Shown: piece after piece, positions 24,837 through 32,000 of the stretch
Numbering within the stretch: position 1 is the first letter of the stretch
Layout of the letters: each line of letters starts with the position of its first letter
The notes under the pieces: model-generated
Database searches by the model: none
The model's input: only the letters and a program-made list of their open reading frames with translations
Told to the model about the DNA's origin: nothing
Assembly: GCA_016699955.1 (NCBI GenBank)
Contig: CP064993.1
Coordinates: forward strand, 180,001-212,000
Origin: Candidatus Saccharimonadota bacterium
GTDB taxonomy: Bacteria > Patescibacteriota > Saccharimonadia > Saccharimonadales > UBA4665
DNA length: 32,000 bases
Direction of reading: 5' to 3'
Program-made: the position numbers and the translations under genes

Positions 24837-25436
24837 CTAGACGCGTTTATGAGAAACGTAATCAAAGTAAAATAACTGACGGTATTCGCTGAGCGTTGGG
24901 CCAGTACAGGTTTGCAGTGTGAGGCGAGGCTTGCCCTTGTACTCAAACAGGGCAGTGTTTTTTGGGTCAACTACTTCGTGGCTAGTCAGTCTGTACGTAA
25001 AGACAAAGGTATCAGTTGTCACAGTAGCTTCGGCGCCTGGTTGCACACGCAGCAGTGGCCCAAACACCCAATTAGTCGCATGCCCATATATAAACGTGTT
25101 GTCTTTGCGACTATTTGGTAGCGCCGTAGTTGTGGCATACTGCACTTTGTCGCTCGTAAGCGTCCAGTTTCGTGTGTTTTTGTCGTAAACACCATCTACG
25201 ACCGGTAGGCTTACGCCAACACTTGGTACCTCAACTTTCGTAGGGTGACCAATTGCAAAGGGTACGGGAGGAATAACGTTTGAGTAATCTGGCAACGAAG
25301 CTGCATATACCCTGACCTGCTTGTCGTACTGCTGTGCGGCCAGCGGATACAAGACCGCACAAAATACCCCGCCCATTATGAGCAGGTACAAAAAAGTATT
25401 TGTCACAAACCCAAAACGCCTTTTCTTCGGGATCAT
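24837..25436 (-). CDS. sortase-family transpeptidase
   Basis: An N-terminal TM anchor, IYGHATN (catalytic His region) and RLTLQTCTG (the TLxTC catalytic Cys motif). Confidence 0.8.
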   Translation of the reverse strand: MIPKKRRFGFVTNTFLYLLIMGGVFCAVLYPLAAQQYDKQVRVYAASLPDYSNVIPPVPFAIGHPTKVEVPSVGVSLPVVDGVYDKNTRNWTLTSDKVQYATTTALPNSRKDNTFIYGHATNWVFGPLLRVQPGAEATVTTDTFVFTYRLTSHEVVDPKNTALFEYKGKPRLTLQTCTGPTLSEYRQLFYFDYVSHKRV

Positions 25437-25443
25437 GAATATT

Positions 25444-25452
25444 ATTATATCA
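25444..25452 (-). promoter_or_regulatory. extended -10 element TGATATAAT for the sortase gene
   Basis: The minus strand reads GTGATATAAT-aatattc-ATG, so only 7 nt separate the -10 box from the start codon. Confidence 0.45.
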
Positions 25453-25476
25453 CATTTATACAGTAATTTGCAAATA

Positions 25477-25551
25477 TGGTGCGGGTAGGGAGAATCGAAC
25501 TCCCATCTCGAGTTTGGAAAACTCGCATACTAACCATTGTACTATACCCGC
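25477..25551 (-). tRNA. tRNA-Gly (anticodon TCC), CCA encoded
   Basis: The reverse complement folds as GCGGGTA/TACCCGC, GTAC-AATGGTTA-GTAT, CGAGT-TTTCCAA-ACTCG, GGGAG-TTCGATT-CTCCC, then ACCA. Confidence 0.9.
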
Positions 25552-25557
25552 TTGTCT

Positions 25558-25634
25558 TGGCGCCCCGGGCAGGATTCGAACCTGCGGCCTTAGGCTTAGA
25601 AGTCCTCTGCTCTATCCAGCTGAGCTACCGGGGC
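25558..25634 (-). tRNA. tRNA-Arg (anticodon TCT), CCA encoded; the anticodon stem has two non-Watson-Crick pairs
   Basis: The reverse complement folds as GCCCCGG/CCGGGGC, GCTC-AGCTGGATA-GAGC, GAGGA-CTTCTAA-GCCTA (27G.43A and 31A.39G mismatches), GCAGG-TTCGAAT-CCTGC, then GCCA. Confidence 0.75.
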
Positions 25635-25724
25635 AGCCGGAAAGATTATAACAGAGAATGATACATCTCGCGACATACAAACCCTCTGCTTGGATAATCC
25701 TGGGTGAAGCTGTAGTCTGTAGGT

Positions 25725-26684
25725 ATGGCATCCCGGGTAAAAAAACAAAACTTTATAGAACGACTAATTGGCCGCGTAGATGCGTTCCAGCAACGCCACA
25801 GAATTTTAGCTTTTCCCTACGCAGTCGTAAAGAAATTCAGCGACGATGAGGGTGGTTACCAAGCTGCTCTCATTGCTTACTACGGATTTTTGTCGCTATT
25901 TCCGCTGCTCATCGTTGCGACAGCAGTTATACAAATTATCGCTCAGGGCAATTCCGACCTCCGCGAAAGTCTGCTCGGCAGCATTACGAGCTACTTTCCA
26001 GCGTTAGGACAAAACTTAGCCGACAGTATCAGTACACCTGGCCGTAGCGGCGTTGCACTCTTCCTTGGCCTGTTAATTACTTTCTACGGAGCAAAGGGGG
26101 TTGCCGACGCAGTTCAGCATGCCCTTCACCATGTATGGGCTGTTCCTAGGCATCGGCGGACCGGCTTTCCAAAATCTACCCTGCGTAGTTTTAGTATTAT
26201 TATATTTGCGGGAATTGGACTTGTTGTTGCCGCTTCTTTGACTGGATTCGCGACAAGTGGAGCTCGCCTGCCAATTGTTCGCATGCTACTTTGGCTCGGT
26301 GGCTTTATTGTTCTTGCTAGCGTGTTCTGGGCGGTGTTTACATATGGATCATCTGCTCGCAAACGCCCTTTTGCAAACATTCCGGGTGCGCTTTTTGCAA
26401 GCGTTGCCTTCACTGCACTACAAGCTCTTGGCGCGTACATAATTGCCCACCAGCTAAAAGGACAGACGGGCTTAAATGCGCAGTTTGCCGTGGTGATTGC
26501 CTTGCTTTTTTGGCTCTACCTGCAGGCACGTGTGCTGGTTTATGCGCTGGAGATTAACGTTGTGCGGGCACATAAACTTTGGCCGCGCAGCATCACTCCA
26601 AAGCCACCACTGCCTGCTGACGAAAAAGCCTACGACCTGTACCGACGTCGTGAGATATTTATCGACACCGAACCTGTTTCTTAA
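25725..26684 (+). CDS. YihY/BrkB-family membrane protein (formerly annotated as ribonuclease BN-like)
   Basis: 319 aa. FSDDEGGYQAALIAYYGFLSLFPLL and six hydrophobic segments are typical of the YihY family. Confidence 0.75.
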   Translation: MASRVKKQNFIERLIGRVDAFQQRHRILAFPYAVVKKFSDDEGGYQAALIAYYGFLSLFPLLIVATAVIQIIAQGNSDLRESLLGSITSYFPALGQNLADSISTPGRSGVALFLGLLITFYGAKGVADAVQHALHHVWAVPRHRRTGFPKSTLRSFSIIIFAGIGLVVAASLTGFATSGARLPIVRMLLWLGGFIVLASVFWAVFTYGSSARKRPFANIPGALFASVAFTALQALGAYIIAHQLKGQTGLNAQFAVVIALLFWLYLQARVLVYALEINVVRAHKLWPRSITPKPPLPADEKAYDLYRRREIFIDTEPVS

Positions 26685-26692
26685 GAACTCTT

Positions 26693-26720
26693 GCAAGGAT
26701 TTTATGTCGGGGCGAATGAT
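26693..26720. repeat. imperfect direct repeat (25/28) of the tRNA-His 3' end plus its downstream flank (partner 26930-26957)
   Basis: GCAAGGATTTTATGTCGGGGCGAATGAT compared with GCAAGGGTTTTATCTTGGGGCGAATGAT. The second copy overlaps the last 13 nt of tRNA-His. Confidence 0.85.
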
Positions 26721-26910
26721 ATTCGAATAATTAGTGAGCATACATGCCGAACCAGAGCTATGTAGCAATAAAAGAAAAAATGGCTCTGCGTGAAGCCAGA
26801 TGGGGCTTGCCTTTGTGCTGCGCACAAACCCTCAACTTGCCCCCGGCAACTTTCGGGCTTCGGGTCCGGCCAGTGCCACTGGCACTGGCGTTCAAGCCCT
26901 TCCTCACCCA

Positions 26911-26944
26911 AGATAAAACCCCTGCTTTCGCAAGGGTTTTATCT
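26911..26944 (-). terminator. rho-independent terminator after tRNA-His
   Basis: The minus strand reads AAAACCCTTGC-GAAA-GCAGGGGTTTT followed by ATCTT. Confidence 0.6.
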
Positions 26945-27022
26945 TGGGGCGAATGATGGGGCTTGAACCCACGGCCTCCAGTGCCACAAACTGGCGCTCT
27001 AACCAACTGAGCTACATCCGCC
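26945..27022 (-). tRNA. tRNA-His (anticodon GTG) with encoded G-1 and CCA
   Basis: The reverse complement reads G-GCGGATG...CCAGT-TTGTGGC-ACTGG...GTGGG-TTCAAGC-CCCAT-CATTCGC-C-CCA. The extra 5' G opposite C73 is the histidine identity feature. Confidence 0.9.
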
Positions 27023-27139
27023 ATAAACAGAGGTGATTATAGCGTATAGTAGTCACTTATTCAATCACTGCTTGTATAAAGACTTAAAAATAGACTCCGG
27101 GGCGTAGCCGGAGTCTATTCGGTAAGTGCTTCAAAGCGT

Positions 27140-29101
27140 CTACGCTACTGGTAGTACAAACGGCTGAGCGAACTCATCTTTGAAACGTGCCGCTAGGCGC
27201 TGCAAACGACTTGCAAACTTGTTGCCACGCTTATCGCTTTGGAGGAATGTCAGCAGTGCGATACCAAGCACGCCCGTGCTCAGTAGCATTGGAAACGTGA
27301 GACTGGCTCCTGTATTTTCGAGTTGCGCTGCTGAGGGTTTAGTCGTAACCGAGGGTGTGGTCGTAGTTTCGCCGAGCACTTGCCCGCAGGACGTGTTTTC
27401 GTCAGTAAAGGTCCATGTTGCCACCTCACCTTCGACGCCATCCAGATAGTACCCTTCGTCTGGTGTCGCGGTAACAACGTTCTTGCCATTAACCCAACCA
27501 GTCTGAGTATAGGTCACGTTCTCGGTCTCTGGCAGTGTGATGACATCGTTGTTTGGACCACAGACGACACGCCGTGTCGGATCGGCTGGCACAGCTGGGC
27601 AGTACGTTGCTTCGTCTACGTATCTCCAGCTCGTCTGAACTTCTCGCGGGAACTTGAAGCCCTGCTGTGGTGTTGCGGTTATCACTAGCGTGTCACCTTC
27701 CCACGTTGCTTCGTAGTCAATCCCGTCGACTTCAGGCAGTGTATATTCATCGTTGCCAGCCCCACACACTACTTCTGGTGGAGTTGGCGTAACTGGGGTG
27801 ACTTTAATGACACAAGGGTCATCGTCGAAACAGAGCGTCCAGTGATCATCGCCAACGATTTTGTAGCCCTGTGCAGCCTTAACAGTAATATGCAACTTAG
27901 TCGCGCCGTGCGTAAAGTGTACACCTGGCTGGACATAATGGCCATTGACGTAGTATTTGACCCCTTCCACGTACGGAATGTAGTACGAATCATACTTGGT
28001 TCCACATGGGTCATGCTTCACGGTCGGCTTCTTGGCGTGGACAGAGATTATGCATAGGTCGTCGCTAAAATGCAGCGTCCAACAATCATCGCCGACAATC
28101 TTGTAACCCGGTTGCGCAACTGCAGTTATCTTGATATTCATATCCCCATATGTGTCGTAAGTACCCGGTTGCACGTAGTGGCCGTTGATGTAAAACTTCA
28201 CGCCTTCAACTGCCGGGATTGTGTATGTATCGTCTTTATCTCCGCATGGGTCATTTTGCACTTTTGGAGGAGTCACCTGCACTTCTTTGACGCATGACAG
28301 GTTGGTAAAAGTTAGCGTCCAGCTGCTCTGACCGTTCAATACATAGCCTGGCATAGCCTGCGCTGTTATCGTAACGCTTGTCGCACCATTTGTTGAACGT
28401 GTACCTGCAGATACGACATTATTATTTACCAAATACTTCACGCCTAGAACCGAGGGAATGGTGTACGTATCGTTTGAAAGCCCACATTTGTCATCTTTTA
28501 CGACAGGGGTTGTGGGTTGTACAGGAATGAAGCAGGCAACATTGCCGTCCTGGGCCGTGCCGTACGTATACGTTGTCTGATTGCCCGGAAAAACATAGCC
28601 TGCTTTGCCTGTAACCTTGAGCACGCCGTTCTGCAGTGACCAGTCGAGCTGATTGGTGTCGGCAGGCTTGTTCCAGGTTGCGTTATTGGGGCCACATGGA
28701 TCATTAGTGCTGGGAACTGCTGGCACAGATACGACTGTCGGGCCTTGTGCGGCCGGGCACAGTGTTACTGAAGGGTCTGGCTGGTGGTTATCCTCCGCTA
28801 GTACGTACGAGCGACCCTGTGCATCGCTGAAGAAAGAGCCGACTCCTTGGTAATTCTGAATGGCGTTTGTACTTACGCTGATTGGGTTCTGCCCTGTCTG
28901 TAGCCTTTCGTTTACGCCAGGTGTACCAACATACTTACAGACAAATACTTTTTGATTATTCTGCGAGTACTGTCCGTTTGCAAACGCTTTTCCACCCATC
29001 AGTGGCGACCAAAATGATGTTACGAGCATTGCAGCGTATGCAAATGCTACCGAGGCGTATTTCAGCCTACCTGCGAAACGTTTAACTACTAACTTATACA
29101 T
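27140..29101 (-). CDS. large cell-surface protein with at least six Cys-bounded repeat modules and a C-terminal sortase-type sorting-signal-like region
   Basis: GGAGG lies 4 nt upstream of the ATG. Signal peptide ...LMGGKAFA-NG. The repeat unit is CG-x3-D-x-Y-x-IP-x-V-x-GV-x-Y...G-Y...W-T-L-x-F...C. The C-terminus is LENTG + hydrophobic LTFPMLLSTGVLGIALLTFL + KRGNK. Confidence 0.85.
   Translation of the reverse strand: MYKLVVKRFAGRLKYASVAFAYAAMLVTSFWSPLMGGKAFANGQYSQNNQKVFVCKYVGTPGVNERLQTGQNPISVSTNAIQNYQGVGSFFSDAQGRSYVLAEDNHQPDPSVTLCPAAQGPTVVSVPAVPSTNDPCGPNNATWNKPADTNQLDWSLQNGVLKVTGKAGYVFPGNQTTYTYGTAQDGNVACFIPVQPTTPVVKDDKCGLSNDTYTIPSVLGVKYLVNNNVVSAGTRSTNGATSVTITAQAMPGYVLNGQSSWTLTFTNLSCVKEVQVTPPKVQNDPCGDKDDTYTIPAVEGVKFYINGHYVQPGTYDTYGDMNIKITAVAQPGYKIVGDDCWTLHFSDDLCIISVHAKKPTVKHDPCGTKYDSYYIPYVEGVKYYVNGHYVQPGVHFTHGATKLHITVKAAQGYKIVGDDHWTLCFDDDPCVIKVTPVTPTPPEVVCGAGNDEYTLPEVDGIDYEATWEGDTLVITATPQQGFKFPREVQTSWRYVDEATYCPAVPADPTRRVVCGPNNDVITLPETENVTYTQTGWVNGKNVVTATPDEGYYLDGVEGEVATWTFTDENTSCGQVLGETTTTPSVTTKPSAAQLENTGASLTFPMLLSTGVLGIALLTFLQSDKRGNKFASRLQRLAARFKDEFAQPFVLPVA
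27386..28702 (-). repeat. intragenic tandem repeat region (about 240-bp period for the three central units)
   Basis: The central units are at 28292-28495, 28052-28255 and 27812-28015 (aa 203-270, 283-350 and 363-430). The latter two share long identical peptide strings: VEGVK.Y.NGHYVQPG and GYKIVGDD.WTL.F. Confidence 0.8.
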
Positions 29102-29280
29102 AAAGCCTCCTGCTGCACCTCACCTGCAAGCGACTAATTAAAACATTGTTATTATGCTTTGTTGTGATTGAATAATTTTGTCTTTGCTTATATAGTACAT
29201 CTTCACTAAGAAAAAAATGTGAGATATCTTACAAATTATGTACTTTATGCAATGTAAATGCCGTTTTACAATGCTTGTGT

Positions 29281-29925
29281 TTATGCCGTTACGGTTTGTA
29301 TGAGCAACCCGACTGCTACCGGCACAAGCAGGTTATCAAAACCAAGTGCAGCTATATTCTCAAGAAACGTTGCGAGACAGGCCGTAGCAATCACATATTG
29401 CCATTCAAGACCGCTGACAGAAAAGTGACTGTAGCCGATGAGTAAGCCAAGTGAGATAACAAAGAAGGTCAGGCTACCAACGATGCTTTTTGTTCGTCCA
29501 AAGAGGTGATACTTGTTTTGCGTACCAAACCTGCTGCCAACAATGGCTGCAAAACCGTCGGCAAGTGCCATCTGCAGAATGGCTGCTGCGTATATGCCCT
29601 TTGAGTCTGTGATGAGTGTCAGCAATCCCACACTCAACGCAAAAAATATCTCGCCGTACGTCGGGCGTTGCACACTACCGATTGCGCGAAATACGCCAAG
29701 ATGCATCGCTGCCAGAACTACCACAAAAAACGCGAGGCTTAGCAGCCGAATCTCTGTCCAGTCCAGAAAATACGGCCAGAAAGCGACAAAAGTTCCTACG
29801 GTGACGTGCACAAACTTACGCCCGACCTCACCGTGCATCCAATGTCGCCGCCACCCCCACTCACTTAAAAGCAGCAAGACAAAAACCACCCCGACAGCCA
29901 GCGCCATGTTTGTTAGTTGCATCAA
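29281..29925 (-). CDS. polytopic membrane protein of the CTP-dependent dolichol/phytol/diacylglycerol-kinase-like family
   Basis: 214 aa. GRKFVHV, ADGFAAIVGSRFG and KSIVGSLTFF...ENIAALGFDNLLVP, as in the CTP_transf_1 / dolichol-kinase-type family. Confidence 0.65.
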   Translation of the reverse strand: MMQLTNMALAVGVVFVLLLLSEWGWRRHWMHGEVGRKFVHVTVGTFVAFWPYFLDWTEIRLLSLAFFVVVLAAMHLGVFRAIGSVQRPTYGEIFFALSVGLLTLITDSKGIYAAAILQMALADGFAAIVGSRFGTQNKYHLFGRTKSIVGSLTFFVISLGLLIGYSHFSVSGLEWQYVIATACLATFLENIAALGFDNLLVPVAVGLLIQTVTA

Positions 29926-29946
29926 GTCGTATTGTACGCTTCTGAA

Positions 29947-30777
29947 CTAGTACGATTCAAGGCTGGCGAGGAGATTGTCGAAATCACTGCGCTGCTGCGT
30001 AGAGAAAAGGACAGTAGGTTCGGCCATATGCGCAGACGGTGTGGTAATGCCAGAGGCTTCAGCAAAGTCGCGGTAAAAGGCGGCCGAAACTACTTTGTAG
30101 CGTGAGCCATTGATCTGCTTGTAGCCATGTACGCAAACGCCCTCTACGATCATACTCGAGACTGTTTCGATTATGCTATAGCCGCCCACGGCACTCGGTA
30201 GACTACGTTCCGCATAGTCTACGGCCATCCCGCTGCCAGATATATTGTGCCAGTCTGTGTTGTAGCTGCTTAGTGCTGGCATAGTATTTTGCGGCTCAAG
30301 GCAGCCGACACCTCGCCCGACTGTGGTCGACCAATCGTCACTGGCTCCGCCCACGCTCACAAACGGGTTATCTGCAAACCTTATAAGTTGCCGGCTGCCG
30401 GTATCGCCGCTGCCAATTTTGGCGTCTGCCAGCGTAGCTACGCCCCAACTACTGGGATAGCAAAATGTTACGCCAACCGACTTGTCTGCGTAGCGTTTCA
30501 ACCCGCTTGCACAAGCAGCTGACTCGGCAGTGTCCTGTGGGGCTGGTTTCGTCTGGGATGATGATTTATCAGGGGTGTTGTTTGTCTGGGATTGTTTATA
30601 CGGCGCAGGCGCACTGCCTTTTCGAGCGCCCAATATGAAACCATAAAATAACATGCTACCGAGCAAAACCAAACCAAAGAGTACATACAGCCATTTTTTT
30701 GGTAACTTTGGGGAAGGTTTTGACTCTCCGACAGATGTCGGTTCGGCTGAAACACTCTTTGTTTCTTCTTCTTTCAT
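29947..30777 (-). CDS. hypothetical membrane-anchored extracytoplasmic protein
   Basis: 276 aa. A Lys/Glu-rich N-terminus, one TM segment (WLYVLFGLVLLGSMLFYGFILGA), a Ser/Thr/Pro/Gln-rich linker and a soluble domain of unknown family. Confidence 0.7.
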   Translation of the reverse strand: MKEEETKSVSAEPTSVGESKPSPKLPKKWLYVLFGLVLLGSMLFYGFILGARKGSAPAPYKQSQTNNTPDKSSSQTKPAPQDTAESAACASGLKRYADKSVGVTFCYPSSWGVATLADAKIGSGDTGSRQLIRFADNPFVSVGGASDDWSTTVGRGVGCLEPQNTMPALSSYNTDWHNISGSGMAVDYAERSLPSAVGGYSIIETVSSMIVEGVCVHGYKQINGSRYKVVSAAFYRDFAEASGITTPSAHMAEPTVLFSTQQRSDFDNLLASLESY

Positions 30778-30864
30778 CGTTTGCTCTCCATGGTTAGGTA
30801 TGTTTATAGTACACTGCCAAATAAAAAATCGACAGACATAACTTTCGAGAGCTCGATTCGGTGG

Positions 30865-30873
30865 TGTTATAAT
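30865..30873 (+). promoter_or_regulatory. extended -10 element TGTTATAAT for the tRNA-Pro pair
   Basis: TGnTATAAT ends 17 nt upstream of the first tRNA-Pro. Confidence 0.5.
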
Positions 30874-30890
30874 TTAGTCGTTGCAGTTTA

Positions 30891-30967
30891 CGGGGTGTAG
30901 CGCAGCTTGGTAGCGCGCGTCGTTCGGGACGACGAGGTCGTGGGTTCAAATCCCGCCACCCCGACCA
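30891..30967 (+). tRNA. tRNA-Pro (anticodon CGG), CCA encoded
   Basis: CGGGGTG/CACCCCG, GCGC-AGCTTGGTA-GCGC, CGTCG-TTCGGGA-CGACG, GTGGG-TTCAAAT-CCCGC, then ACCA. Confidence 0.9.
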
Positions 30968-31011
30968 TTTGTTTTGTCGGGTCATTGCTATGCAGTATAA
31001 TCATTTATGAT

Positions 31012-31088
31012 CGGGGAGTGGCGCAGTCCGGTAGCGCACGCGGTTTGGGACCGCGGGGTCGCAGGTTCAAATCCTGTCTCCCCGACCA
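31012..31088 (+). tRNA. tRNA-Pro (anticodon TGG), CCA encoded
   Basis: CGGGGAG/CTCCCCG, GCGC-AGTCCGGTA-GCGC, CGCGG-TTTGGGA-CCGCG, GCAGG-TTCAAAT-CCTGT, then ACCA. Confidence 0.9.
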
Positions 31089-31097
31089 GCATATTAC

Positions 31098-31124
31098 CAC
31101 CTCTGTTTTACGGGGGTGTTTTTT
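31098..31124 (+). terminator. rho-independent terminator after the tRNA-Pro pair
   Basis: CACCTC-tgttttacg-GGGGTG (one G.U pair) followed by TTTTTT. Confidence 0.55.
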
Positions 31125-31164
31125 ATTACGTTCAAGGTGGATTGAGCGGCATCAAAACGCCGAT

Positions 31165-32000
31165 TTATGAAACGTATAAATCTTGTCCAGTAATGGGCTG
31201 TGAAAGCAGTCGTTGAAAGAATTGTAAGTCTTCTATTGTAGGTTCAGGTGTGGGATAGAGTTTTTCTGCCAGCTTGGGCGGAATGCCGTCTTCAATTACA
31301 TTAAGCATTGTAACGACTGTTTCTTTACCATTTACCCGTGTAACGGCAGGTTCATCAAACATTTTGACCGATGATTTTCGTGTAATACTTCTTATCCTAC
31401 CGTCGGCTTCCTTTACTATTTCCAGCTCTTGCTCAAATATACCGTCAAGAACACCATTAGGGTCGTAGTCCACTGGTTCAACATGTCGCTTTAGTGTTAC
31501 CCAAGTTTTACTCGGTTCACCATTTGGGTGTGAGCGGTCTAATACTCGTACTTTCAAGTCAAATTGTCCCCCCTGTACTACGTTACGCCTACGAGAATGG
31601 GCTGCAAATGTTTTTTCAGCAACTTCAACAGTATACTGTTCGCCATTAAAGTCGGACTGGGTTGCTATACCTAATTGAAAAGCGTCAGTTACGCTAAGTC
31701 CATCAGCGCCTGACTGATACTCAGGGTTTCCAGCAAATATAGCGTCGACAACAGCTTTTGCTTCCTCTTCATCAATTCTTATTTGTCCGCCGTATTCACT
31801 AGCACTTGCAGTGCTGCCGAAGTCACTGACTTCGCCTGTTCGGGGATCTACCCTCAAACCAAGACTAAAAGATTTATGGATCGTATCTTGTGGGGAAATC
31901 CAAATATTAACCATTGAAGCCCACTCACCATATCTATACCGTGCCTGAACAGTTACAGGTACTCCCGCCGCAAAGGTTGTTAGGGCAGCCAATCGTTCTG
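31165..32000 (-). CDS. hypothetical protein; the frame stays open to the right edge of the window
   Basis: An ORF of at least 275 aa with no stop upstream before the window end. No recognisable motif. Confidence 0.6.
   Translation of the reverse strand, partial: ERLAALTTFAAGVPVTVQARYRYGEWASMVNIWISPQDTIHKSFSLGLRVDPRTGEVSDFGSTASASEYGGQIRIDEEEAKAVVDAIFAGNPEYQSGADGLSVTDAFQLGIATQSDFNGEQYTVEVAEKTFAAHSRRRNVVQGGQFDLKVRVLDRSHPNGEPSKTWVTLKRHVEPVDYDPNGVLDGIFEQELEIVKEADGRIRSITRKSSVKMFDEPAVTRVNGKETVVTMLNVIEDGIPPKLAEKLYPTPEPTIEDLQFFQRLLSQPITGQDLYVS

Noticed and set aside
27393-27406. The 14-mer GTGTTTTCGTCAGT is shared with the repeated motif at 14548-14561.
   Set aside because: A few chance 14-mer matches are expected in a 32-kb self-comparison on both strands. 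It lies inside a coding repeat and has no flanking similarity.
1-32000. Search for CRISPR arrays, rRNA genes, integrase/recombinase genes, toxin-antitoxin pairs and known defence-system hallmarks.
   Set aside because: I found no regularly spaced direct repeats, no rRNA-like conserved blocks and no tyrosine or serine recombinase, Cas, restriction-modification, reverse transcriptase or nuclease motifs in any long ORF.

Overview
The window looks like part of a small-genome, Gram-positive-type bacterium. It has a sortase, an LPXTG-like surface protein, peptidoglycan genes, CCA-encoding tRNAs and about 45-55% GC. A Patescibacteria/CPR (Saccharibacteria-like) origin is plausible but is inference only. 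I can support about 30 protein genes. They include a partial proB, a GH26-like hydrolase with FN3 modules, an Asp/Glu racemase, a PadR+DUF1048 pair, an IS4/IS701-like IS, a divergent PDT-ACT (pheA-like) gene, a VIT-family transporter, a twice-frameshifted GH13 alpha-glucosidase, a GH37 trehalase, murB, purF-purN-purD, glyA, an HTH-MurA fusion, a sortase, a YihY-family protein, a 653-aa Cys-bounded-repeat surface protein and a dolichol/phytol-kinase-like membrane protein. There are seven tRNAs: Phe, Val, Gly, Arg, His and two Pro. I found no rRNA, CRISPR array, integrase or recognisable defence genes. The most unusual structure is the murB-purF interval (14.46-18.01 kb). Exact copies of the murB 3' end and the purF 5' end are interleaved and joined in frame by a GC-rich palindromic filler. 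They separate two unrelated cargo segments that look lower in GC than the flanks on single-line spot counts: a membrane-anchored 333-aa protein on one side, and a 168-aa unknown plus an archaemetzincin-like protease with long structured non-coding DNA on the other. Other items worth a second look are an IS inserted at the start codon of the pheA-like gene that orphans a terminator/antiterminator leader, a tRNA-His 3'-end duplication with tRNA-derived debris, a repeated non-coding motif, and -10 boxes placed 7-9 nt before several start codons. All functional calls rest on motif recognition by eye; no database search was possible.
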